The notes beneath the pieces are model-generated. The model saw only the letters and a program-made list of their open reading frames with translations. It did not search any database and had not been told where the DNA came from. Of a stretch of DNA of 64,000 nucleotides, positions 29,112-38,632 are shown in pieces. Location of the stretch: IMG/VR virus record IMGVR_UViG_3300042884_000193, positions 1-64,000 of that record. One strand, 5' to 3'. The translations under genes were made by a program, and so were the position numbers. Source of the DNA: a virus. How positions within the stretch are numbered: position 1 is the stretch's first letter; the number at the start of each line of letters is the position of its first letter.

Positions 29112-32100
29112 GATTTTGTTTTTTCTTGAGCTACGTTATTTATTTCTTCTTCAGAAGGATTAATATCAGAAAGCTGGATAACCTTTTGTGTACTAGATAC
29201 CGAAATAATCAAAGCACTTCCTGCATTAGGATGTATTTTATTGAAGCCATCCCACTGGTCACTCTTAAGTACTCCATTTTTAGATGCAGGTTTTGCACTA
29301 AATGAGCCGGCATCAAATGCACCAATTGTGAGGTCTTCCGGTTTTACCTGAAACTGCTGCATGATATTCTCACCCTCCTGCTTAATAGCGTTGATACTTC
29401 CTGTAAACTCTCTAACAATTGTATTACCCTTCTGATCTTTAAAGATAAAGATAACAGTTGATCCAGAGAAGCGGCTATATAAATCTTTACCATTAGCCTT
29501 TTTACTAAAGGTAAAGCTATAAGCCTTATCACCAGATTTAGTTGTTAAACAGTAAGCTTTATCATATAAGTTAACTTGAGAGTTAAAATCAATATCTCCA
29601 AATTTCCATTGGATTAATTTAGTAATTGCATTATCATCAGCAGTTAGCTCAGAAGCTAATTTAAATTGCATATTAACAACATCTTCTCCATCTTGTCTAG
29701 GCCTAAATTTAAATACCGGAACATAATCTGTTGGTTTAACATCATATGTACCTATACGAGATTTGAAATTATTCTTTGCTTCATTAAACTTAGTAACTGT
29801 TGTATAACGACTTAGGTCACCTCCTGTATTATCCATAATGTAGAAGTGGGCTACACCAACAGTGTTATCATATGTAGTTTGACCTACACGATCTCTTGTA
29901 CTGTTACTGGCTCCTGTAATATACTCAAATCCTACATCATTAAACCACTGATTACGGTACATCATAATACTATCTAGTAACTGTTTTCCAGGTCCTATAG
30001 CGCCTTGACTATCAGCAAGCCTTCCTAAGTTTTGGAAGTAAGTATTTTGTCTGATATACTCAAGTTTATTATTTGATTCTATGATTGCTTTTGCATCAGA
30101 TAACATTTCATAGTTAACAGCCTCCTCTTTAACAGCTGCAATATCATAGATACCATACTTAATTAAACCTCTGTACATGGTTTGCTTATAAGAATCAGAT
30201 ATAGGTAGTATTGACATAGTATTATCTATAACATTGACCATACTCCATACAGGTCTTTCAGCCATTTCTTCACCTATCTCAGCTTCAGTATTTCCGCTAA
30301 AGTCAAATCCAGCCACACCTGTATATGTAGAAAGGGCAATCATTAACCCAATGGTCATCTTCTTGAGTTTTCTAATTATACGGCTGATGATACCATCCTT
30401 TTTTGTTCTAGGTGCTTTATCAGCTTCAGTTTTACTTCTAGCAAAGTTTGCAGTATTCAAATAGTTAAGAACTGCATTTTTAATACTAGTTACAACATCA
30501 GTTATAGATTTACCCTCTTCATCAGCAATCTCTTGTAGATCTTCAGCTGAAGCCTCCTCAGCAATAAATACATCAATAGGTTGGGCTATTCTATTTAGTA
30601 AGAAAGTAACTGGGTCCATACCTGAAGCCATAGCATCACCTAAAACATCAAGCGGCGTCTGTAATGTGTTATTGATAAACTCTTCATAAAGAGCATCAGA
30701 CATTAACAAACCATCTTGTATTTTGATAAATGACTTAGTCTTGTTATAAGTTACACGTCCTGCAGAGTCTTTGAAAAGAACCATTTCCTTAGCTAGGCTT
30801 TGGAACTGAGCTTGAATCTCAGGAGACAACCTAGATATAAAAGATCTGAATGGTGTATTAGTCAAATACTGAATAACAAGTTCCTGTGCAGGATTCTTAT
30901 CAAACATGTAATTAATTTTCTCAATATATACGCCTACATTAGGGTCACCTCCTGCCTTACTTATTTCTTGCAGAACAGGGCGTAGTATATTTATAAGAGA
31001 CTGTGCCTGAGCATTGTAATCTTTGTCAGATTTAGGCCCAGTCCTATCCATATACATGTGAAGAATTCTATGTAGCGTATTCTCCATAGTACTTCTATTC
31101 TCTAATAGAACATTGTCGCCACGCTTGGTACCTAATGCTTCTAAGTTAAGAATAGTATTTGCATCAATAGTCATTCCTTGCTCAGCAAAGAACTTTACAA
31201 AACCATACTGGGTTAATTGTTCTACTACAAAGTCTGCAAGTATCTCACGAGTATTATCTACCACTTGCGGTTTAGTAGATGACATCTCAGGAGTTCCTGC
31301 ATTAGGCTGTACACCTCTCTTGACTCTTCTGGCTCCAACAGTCTTACTTGCTTTAATTAAAATTTGCTTAAGTTTTCTTAGATACTTCTGAATTGAATCT
31401 AATACTTTAGCTAGTTTCTCTTTAAGCTTACCGCCAGTTTTCTTATATGCTCTACGTAATTTCTCATAGTTGTTCTCTAAAGCTTGTGGCATTCTAGAGT
31501 AAGACTTTTTCATAGCATCACGGACAGAACCTAATGCATCTTTAATACTTTGCATTGTTTCTTTAGCAAGCTCTGAAAATGGAGGAGTTTTACCTTCATT
31601 AGCACGACGCTGAGCCTCATCCATCTCTTGTTCTACCTCTCTAGAAGTATCATCAATTCTTGATTCACCTTCTTTAACATCATCACTATCCTCAGGGTTG
31701 CTATTGATTTCCTCATCTACTTCTTCCTCTTCTGTCTTTATAGACTCACCCCCAGAAACAAATTTTTTAAATCCCTCTTTGTCTTGTTTAGTTCCCAGTA
31801 TGTAAATTTGTTCAGGCTCAAATACAACTAAAAATGGGCTATCCTGATCTCTAATTCTACCTTTATTAGTTAATGCATTATAGTTATTATCTAATAACCA
31901 CTGTACGTCTTCCTTAGAAATGCTTACTAAATCAATTTCTTTTTGGTCTTTATTTCTTTTTTCTACCTGCTTAACATTATCATAGGGTCTAACATTTACA
32001 AGGGCACTATAAACTTTTTTATTTTTATCTTTGAAAATAAACTTTTTAGTATATCCTTCCGCCTCTGTTTTATTATAAGCAAAATAAATCCCCTCTTTGG

Positions 32101-35100
32101 TATTGAAGTCATTTTTCTTATAACCTTCTTCTCCGGGTTTATAAAATCTTCCTAAATTTTCTATTCCGATATTTCCTCCATGATAAACAATATTTTTTTC
32201 TTGGCTATCCGGAAATATAGTAGTAAGGTATTGAGAGTATTGTTGCAGAGTCCCGATAGATGCTAATTCAAGATCAGCATCAAATAATTCTTTAACACCG
32301 CCTTTTATTTCTTCTGTCTTCTCTGGTTCTGCTTTAGTAGTAGTTGTTGTTGTTCTTCCTAATAAAGGTTCAAACTGTTTTGTTTGTTTATTATAAACTT
32401 CTACATCTTTAGCTTTTACAACCTCATTTTCTTTAAAGTTTGCTTGATTAACTCTAATAGTTTCAGTAGTGTCTTTATCTCCGTACCAGTTTTTATTATT
32501 TCCCTTAGTCCAATACTTAGTATTTTTATTACCACCTCTTTGTTTACCCTCTCTTGAAAATACACCACCACTTTCTATAATTGCATCTATTTCTGTTTGT
32601 GAGAGTGTACGATAATTATAACCTTCTTCCGATATATGGTCATCAGCAGATGCTTCACCTAATTGCAGATTACTTTCAAATACTCTATTTGTAAATCCTT
32701 CTGGTGTAATTACTTCTTTAGTAGTAGTTGTAGTTGCAGGTCCGGCTTTTTTCTTAAGTACTGGAAGTTGAATGTTAACTGTGTTGTTAGCTTGATTATA
32801 TGAAACACGAGCATTAGGCATAAGAGCTAATATCTCTTCTTTTATTTTATTAAACTCTTCTCTATTTGCAACAGTTATTGGATTATATAAGTCTTCTTTC
32901 TCTTGCTGACTCTTGGCATTTCTAAGACCTTCTTTTGAAGCAGCATTTAAACTAATACTGCTCATTACAGGATTACCACTAGCATCTGTAAGAATTTCAT
33001 ATTCTCTATTTAGTTGTTGAGCATAAAGCTTAAGACCTTCTAATGATATATTAGTTGATTCAGTATACTCATGATCTACAGGAAGTCTAGACTGAACTTC
33101 AGATAGCATAGTTTTAAATGCTTCTTTGTTACCAGACTCATTTGATATTTTAGATGTCCATCTGTTTGTGGGCTTATCATTTACATATAATCTGACATAG
33201 CCTACATAATCATTATCACTTGTTCCTGACATGATAACATCCACAACACCACTTATAGGATTGGTATACACAGCCATTCCAATTCCATTTACCTCTGTAT
33301 ATGCAGATATTTTAGATCGTCTTCTTTCTAATTCTGCTTCTAGCTCCTGAGCTTTTTGCTCATCTTTCTCTACAAGACGAGCTTTTTTTATTTCATTTTC
33401 TAATACAGATTCAGAGTCACCAATAGCTTGCGCAAAATTGGAAGTTTCTGGAAACATCTCGGTATCTCTATTAGCCTGTACATCTGTAGTAGTTTCTGTA
33501 TCCATTGGTACAACTAGAGGTACAAACTCTTCTGTTGTTGTACCTCCTGAAGCAGCTAGTTCTGCATTGTATTTAGTGTCTAACCATTTTTGACCTTCAG
33601 CATAACTGTCAAAAGTTTTTTGTTCTCCATAGTTATTTACAATATATACATTCTGGCCAACCGGTCTTATGTTATCTAACTCGTTATAATCAAAAGGTCT
33701 TACATGTGTAAAAGTAAATCTATTTCTTTCATAGGAAGATTGACTTCCTGGCTCTAATGAATAGCTTATTTTTTTTCTTCTTTCTATATCATCAATTTGA
33801 GCTTGTATAGCTGGATCAGTTGTTGTTGACTCCGCAACAGGTACTTCAAGCTTTGCTTTAACCTCAGCTTGAATAGCATCTAACTTATTCTGGATTACTC
33901 TTAGGTTATTGATAAGCTGTATTACATTAGGCTTTGTATTCTCATCAATAGGTATACTAAGTGTAGCAGAAGCAGCATAAGGCTTTGGATCTATAATAGT
34001 ACCATCAGCTTTGACCTGACCATTAAGATAGAATATAAAATCTATAGGACTATCAAGATAAGTATCCATATCCTCTCTTCTGATAATGCTGAAACCATCC
34101 ATTGTTACAACGGTAAAGTCACCAGGTTTACCTGAAGAGAAAGGCATGTTTTCTTGATTACCAAAGAAGTCAGCTAATGTTAGATTACCGAGCTCATTTA
34201 GCATTGAGTTTATCAATTGAACTTGGGTTATAGCGACAGCAGATTTCTGAGATATAGCTTTATCAATTGCTTCTTTATATGCTTGATAGATCTCATCTTG
34301 ACGTGGCGTCAATGATCCTGCTTCTACGGCAACTTTGATATCTAGTAGAATCTGATCTGATACCGGCTCATTATTTTTAAATGCACGGTATGCGTCATCT
34401 GTAATAATCTCAGGTGTAATACTTACTGATCCAGATCCTCCTTGTGATTGACCAGGAGTTTGTGCTTGACCTCCACCAGTGCGACCAGTTGTAATATTAA
34501 ACTGATCAATAACATATGCAGCAAAAGGATTAGTAGTTACAAATGTCTCAAAGTCATCTGGTGTTTCTCCTGTAGCTTGTTGTTGAGGTAAGTATGTATT
34601 AGTATATACATTCTGAAGACTAGTAACAAGATCAGTAAGAGCCATAATCTCTTTTATATCTGTCTGCTGGGTAATAGGTACACCTCCTGGTTGACTGTTG
34701 CCACCGGTTGTGCCGCCTTGTCCAGACATATTACTTCCAGAGGTACCTTGCTTATCAAATGTATGAGCTGTTAAGTTAATTACCTCATCCAATAAGCTGT
34801 CATTCTTTGAAGGATTAATTCTAAAGATTTTGCTTAAGAAATCAAATAATGCTTTCTTAAACTCAGACCACATAGATATAGGTGTAGACTTAGGACCATT
34901 ATAGGTTATGTTTTGAAGTATTGCTTGGAATGTACCATTAGTCAATGCCTCTGCAACAAAGGTGCGCACATCATCTAAACCAATTGGTAAGATAGATGTT
35001 TTAGATGTCTTATAGTATTCAGATTTAGCTAAGTTTAATAACTGAGTCATCTGTAACTCAAATTGCTCATTCTCATCTATCTGACGGTTAACTAAGTATT

Positions 35101-38100
35101 GTAATGCACCGTTTAAGATAAGTGACTCTAATCTTAGAGTACCACCAATATAATCTGATGATGCAAAACGAGCATCAACTACAATACCACCAGTATCACT
35201 AAACCTTACAGGTACTGTAGCATTTTTAACAAAACGTATTTGGATCTTGTCTGATACAAGGTTCATAAGCTTCTTAGCTAAGAACTTATCATACTTACCA
35301 GCAAAGCCACTTATACTTACAGCCTTTAATATCTCCTGCAAAGAAACAGATTGATCAAACTGATCAATGTCCAGGTTAAACTGTGCATAGATCTGTTTTA
35401 ATATTCTTTTATCTGTAGCATCTTTGTCTAGTCTATTCAAAGAGAACTCATCTTGAAATTCAGATATGGTTTTACCACTTAAAGTTTTACCAGTAGATCT
35501 TTCAAAGTTATCTATCTCTTGAAGAACCTCTTTGTACTTTGGGTGGTTATGGTCAATAGTTTCCATATTCTCCGCATCTACAAACTCGTCTGGTAAAATA
35601 CCATCATCCTCAAATGCTTTAACAAATCTAGGATCAAAGAATATCTTCTTATTTATTAAGTTATTAAGAAATGCATTTAAGTCATTCTTGTGCTGAAGTG
35701 CATCCCAAATCTTTTCTCTTTGTAGCTTGCTATTTTTATGTACAAACTCAAGGGCCTCTTTAATTCTACCGTGGTGTATATTAAAACCTTCTGGATCATG
35801 TAGTCTATTCAATGCATCAACAGCATTACCTAGATCTGATCCATGTTGCATCATTTCTACTAAGTTGTTAAATGCCTTGTCAATGTTCTCATCAAGAACC
35901 ATATCTTTATTTACTCCGGCCTTAAACTTAAGTAAAGTATAAAAAGAATTGCGTAAATCGGTAATAGCGTTCTCTATATCAACAGTTACAGGATCCACAA
36001 TATCACCAGTAACAGGATCTCTTTGGATCTTATCTCTATTTTTAGCATAGTCTACAGCTGCCGATTTTAATTTATCTGTAACTATATCATATGTTGCTAA
36101 GTAATTTTTATAGTGTGCTAACTCAGTATCAATTTCCGCAAGCTTTTTAGCAGCCTCATCTGATGTTGCAGCAGCCTCAGCATATACAAGTCTTTCTTTA
36201 GCTAGTAAATCTACCTCTGTAGCAATTCCTCCACGGGTCATCATGTTTGTAAATGCGATACCCGACATTGATTGTAGGGGTTTGCTCTTAGAAGCTCTTG
36301 CTGTAATTTCAGAAATATAATCTTGAGCAGTTACAAGTTTAGTCTTCATTAATGCCATGTCAAATCTTACATCCTCAAATGCAATGTATTTGTACATCTC
36401 ATCTTCAAACTTCTCTTTGTCCTTTACTTGATCATACTGCCAAGGATTATAATGATTTTTTAAGCTTTGAGCTTCCTCAAAACTTTGTTTCATCATATCT
36501 ACTTTTTCAATAGAATTTGTAAGTCTATCTCTTAAACTTTTATTATCACCTTCTGCTTCTAGTTTTACACCAGGGAAAGCAGCCTGAAGATCTTTGTCCT
36601 CTAAGTTTAAGAACTCACTTAATGTATCTTTTAATAAATCAGTTTGACCGGACTTAAATAAAGTATGTAATTTTTTAAATAGCGCAAGATCTTGTGCCTC
36701 TAATTGAGAATGGGCAGATCCCGCATTACGACCCATCATCATAAAATCGGAGAAGCTTACCTGATGCGCTAGGTCACTGTCTATCATATTAAAGAAAGCC
36801 TGTGGGTTTGTATCCATTACAGCTACAACCTCCATAAAATCTTTCTTGAATTCAGCTCTTTGTTTTTTTACATTACTATATGTTTTATCTATGCCTAATT
36901 TATCAGCAACTATTGCAGGCGCTGTCTGTGTGGCAAAGTTTAAGGCTTGTCCATATTTACCCATAACACTACCAATAGCAAAACCACTAATAAATGTCTC
37001 TAAACCTTGTGCTGTAAATTGTTCATCTAATCCTTTTTGAAAGGATGCACGCATTCCAGCAGACTGAGCTAACTCAGGAGTTAAATATAATTTTGTATAG
37101 TAATCTTTATATCCCGTAGAAATCATCTCCTGATAGTTTTCTTGAAGACCTTCAGGGGCACCCGCAATAAACATATTCTTTACACGGCTAGGTGATGTTT
37201 GTAGTATGTGCTTATAGTATAATCTTGAGTTCTTAGCAAAAGGATTAAGCCTGCTTAATCCAGCTTTAAATCCTGTTTCAAGGATCACTGTTTTACCACC
37301 ATCTCTCACGGCCTTACCACCCACAGCTGCACCAACATTAAGCAACCTATCAGATGCTCTACCAATACCTCTAAACATATTGTTTAGAGTAATCTTATTA
37401 GTGTAAAAAATTATAGGTGCATTTGCTTTTGTTGTGGCGGCTCCTGCAGTTGTAGCAAGTTCATTTAATCTATTAATCTCTTGATCAGTAAGATTTCCTT
37501 TTTGTTTAGTTACTTCATTAATAATATCATTTTGCACCATACCTCCTTCAAGACGAGACTCTGACATTGCCATGTTTATTTCAGAGGCATCTCTGAAAAA
37601 CTCCCCAAATATAGTACGACCTTGTGCAATTGCAGTCATTGTTTTTCCTGCTCTTACTCCTTTAATTGCGTCAAGTCCTAGTCTAGTACTTCTAAAAAAA
37701 GGATTAGCAAAAGCATTAAGTGTTTTAGCAGTACCTACAGCTGCAAATCTAGCAGCTTGATAAAAGTCTTTTGCTCTATTTACAGTTTTTATTGTACGCA
37801 TTAATTCAGAACCTGTAGATAAAGTTCTACTAAGCTGCATTAAATTTCTACCCATTCGGGGTAGTGTAAATTCTGAAAGTGATCCTCTTGATGCTGTAGT
37901 AAGAGCTGCTAATGCAACTTCTTCTGCAGCAAATTCAGTAATAGCTCCTAATGAATATTGCAATGAACCAAATATATTTGCAGCGCTTCCCCAAAAACCT
38001 TCACGATCAGAGTGCATTAGATCTAATTGATCTGCAAAAAGTTGTGCAGCATAAGGATCTGTATCTTTATTCCATTCTACCCAGCTCGATGCTTGGTCAG

Positions 38101-38632
38101 CCATACCCCGACCAAATAATTCCATATTAGCAGCTGTCTGAAAATCATCCCATCCTGTAGTGTATTGTAAATAATAGTCATTATTATTTCTATATGGGTG
38201 AAAACCCACATCATCAAACTCATTATGATTATACCATTTTGCAAATCTTCTTCCATCAACATTAGCTCCATATATTCTATCTCCTGCCATGTGATAGTTT
38301 GTAGGACTAGACCATTGTTCTGATGCAATCATTTGAGCACCTGCTCCTTCAGCAAATGCCATAGATGACGTAGGTTTAGGTTGCGGTCCTCCATCAAAAC
38401 CAGCAGCCAAAACAGGAGAGTTCTCTTTAAATTTATCAGATGCAGCTTTTACCTCAGAATCAATTACTGTAACTAAAGGAGGAACATTACTAGATTCAGC
38501 AATATCCATCATATTGGGTGTATCTTCTAAAGCTAAATTGTTAAGCATATTAGCAGATTCAGATACAGGAATATTTGCATTCATATCAAAAGCCTCTTGA
38601 TTAAATGCCTCAGATTGTAAGTTTTCTGCCAT
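29102..38632 (-). CDS. Giant polyvalent virion ejection protein (degenerate zincins, GNAT-like, two ART-like modules, TM)
   Basis: 3176 aa; IVYHG..GIYFA..VVFEPEQI ART-PolyVal at ~31760-32310; Thr-run linkers; hydrophobic helices. Confidence 0.75.
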   Translation of the reverse strand: MAENLQSEAFNQEAFDMNANIPVSESANMLNNLALEDTPNMMDIAESSNVPPLVTVIDSEVKAASDKFKENSPVLAAGFDGGPQPKPTSSMAFAEGAGAQMIASEQWSSPTNYHMAGDRIYGANVDGRRFAKWYNHNEFDDVGFHPYRNNNDYYLQYTTGWDDFQTAANMELFGRGMADQASSWVEWNKDTDPYAAQLFADQLDLMHSDREGFWGSAANIFGSLQYSLGAITEFAAEEVALAALTTASRGSLSEFTLPRMGRNLMQLSRTLSTGSELMRTIKTVNRAKDFYQAARFAAVGTAKTLNAFANPFFRSTRLGLDAIKGVRAGKTMTAIAQGRTIFGEFFRDASEINMAMSESRLEGGMVQNDIINEVTKQKGNLTDQEINRLNELATTAGAATTKANAPIIFYTNKITLNNMFRGIGRASDRLLNVGAAVGGKAVRDGGKTVILETGFKAGLSRLNPFAKNSRLYYKHILQTSPSRVKNMFIAGAPEGLQENYQEMISTGYKDYYTKLYLTPELAQSAGMRASFQKGLDEQFTAQGLETFISGFAIGSVMGKYGQALNFATQTAPAIVADKLGIDKTYSNVKKQRAEFKKDFMEVVAVMDTNPQAFFNMIDSDLAHQVSFSDFMMMGRNAGSAHSQLEAQDLALFKKLHTLFKSGQTDLLKDTLSEFLNLEDKDLQAAFPGVKLEAEGDNKSLRDRLTNSIEKVDMMKQSFEEAQSLKNHYNPWQYDQVKDKEKFEDEMYKYIAFEDVRFDMALMKTKLVTAQDYISEITARASKSKPLQSMSGIAFTNMMTRGGIATEVDLLAKERLVYAEAAATSDEAAKKLAEIDTELAHYKNYLATYDIVTDKLKSAAVDYAKNRDKIQRDPVTGDIVDPVTVDIENAITDLRNSFYTLLKFKAGVNKDMVLDENIDKAFNNLVEMMQHGSDLGNAVDALNRLHDPEGFNIHHGRIKEALEFVHKNSKLQREKIWDALQHKNDLNAFLNNLINKKIFFDPRFVKAFEDDGILPDEFVDAENMETIDHNHPKYKEVLQEIDNFERSTGKTLSGKTISEFQDEFSLNRLDKDATDKRILKQIYAQFNLDIDQFDQSVSLQEILKAVSISGFAGKYDKFLAKKLMNLVSDKIQIRFVKNATVPVRFSDTGGIVVDARFASSDYIGGTLRLESLILNGALQYLVNRQIDENEQFELQMTQLLNLAKSEYYKTSKTSILPIGLDDVRTFVAEALTNGTFQAILQNITYNGPKSTPISMWSEFKKALFDFLSKIFRINPSKNDSLLDEVINLTAHTFDKQGTSGSNMSGQGGTTGGNSQPGGVPITQQTDIKEIMALTDLVTSLQNVYTNTYLPQQQATGETPDDFETFVTTNPFAAYVIDQFNITTGRTGGGQAQTPGQSQGGSGSVSITPEIITDDAYRAFKNNEPVSDQILLDIKVAVEAGSLTPRQDEIYQAYKEAIDKAISQKSAVAITQVQLINSMLNELGNLTLADFFGNQENMPFSSGKPGDFTVVTMDGFSIIRREDMDTYLDSPIDFIFYLNGQVKADGTIIDPKPYAASATLSIPIDENTKPNVIQLINNLRVIQNKLDAIQAEVKAKLEVPVAESTTTDPAIQAQIDDIERRKKISYSLEPGSQSSYERNRFTFTHVRPFDYNELDNIRPVGQNVYIVNNYGEQKTFDSYAEGQKWLDTKYNAELAASGGTTTEEFVPLVVPMDTETTTDVQANRDTEMFPETSNFAQAIGDSESVLENEIKKARLVEKDEQKAQELEAELERRRSKISAYTEVNGIGMAVYTNPISGVVDVIMSGTSDNDYVGYVRLYVNDKPTNRWTSKISNESGNKEAFKTMLSEVQSRLPVDHEYTESTNISLEGLKLYAQQLNREYEILTDASGNPVMSSISLNAASKEGLRNAKSQQEKEDLYNPITVANREEFNKIKEEILALMPNARVSYNQANNTVNIQLPVLKKKAGPATTTTTKEVITPEGFTNRVFESNLQLGEASADDHISEEGYNYRTLSQTEIDAIIESGGVFSREGKQRGGNKNTKYWTKGNNKNWYGDKDTTETIRVNQANFKENEVVKAKDVEVYNKQTKQFEPLLGRTTTTTTKAEPEKTEEIKGGVKELFDADLELASIGTLQQYSQYLTTIFPDSQEKNIVYHGGNIGIENLGRFYKPGEEGYKKNDFNTKEGIYFAYNKTEAEGYTKKFIFKDKNKKVYSALVNVRPYDNVKQVEKRNKDQKEIDLVSISKEDVQWLLDNNYNALTNKGRIRDQDSPFLVVFEPEQIYILGTKQDKEGFKKFVSGGESIKTEEEEVDEEINSNPEDSDDVKEGESRIDDTSREVEQEMDEAQRRANEGKTPPFSELAKETMQSIKDALGSVRDAMKKSYSRMPQALENNYEKLRRAYKKTGGKLKEKLAKVLDSIQKYLRKLKQILIKASKTVGARRVKRGVQPNAGTPEMSSTKPQVVDNTREILADFVVEQLTQYGFVKFFAEQGMTIDANTILNLEALGTKRGDNVLLENRSTMENTLHRILHMYMDRTGPKSDKDYNAQAQSLINILRPVLQEISKAGGDPNVGVYIEKINYMFDKNPAQELVIQYLTNTPFRSFISRLSPEIQAQFQSLAKEMVLFKDSAGRVTYNKTKSFIKIQDGLLMSDALYEEFINNTLQTPLDVLGDAMASGMDPVTFLLNRIAQPIDVFIAEEASAEDLQEIADEEGKSITDVVTSIKNAVLNYLNTANFARSKTEADKAPRTKKDGIISRIIRKLKKMTIGLMIALSTYTGVAGFDFSGNTEAEIGEEMAERPVWSMVNVIDNTMSILPISDSYKQTMYRGLIKYGIYDIAAVKEEAVNYEMLSDAKAIIESNNKLEYIRQNTYFQNLGRLADSQGAIGPGKQLLDSIMMYRNQWFNDVGFEYITGASNSTRDRVGQTTYDNTVGVAHFYIMDNTGGDLSRYTTVTKFNEAKNNFKSRIGTYDVKPTDYVPVFKFRPRQDGEDVVNMQFKLASELTADDNAITKLIQWKFGDIDFNSQVNLYDKAYCLTTKSGDKAYSFTFSKKANGKDLYSRFSGSTVIFIFKDQKGNTIVREFTGSINAIKQEGENIMQQFQVKPEDLTIGAFDAGSFSAKPASKNGVLKSDQWDGFNKIHPNAGSALIISVSSTQKVIQLSDINPSEEEINNVAQEKTKSCQ

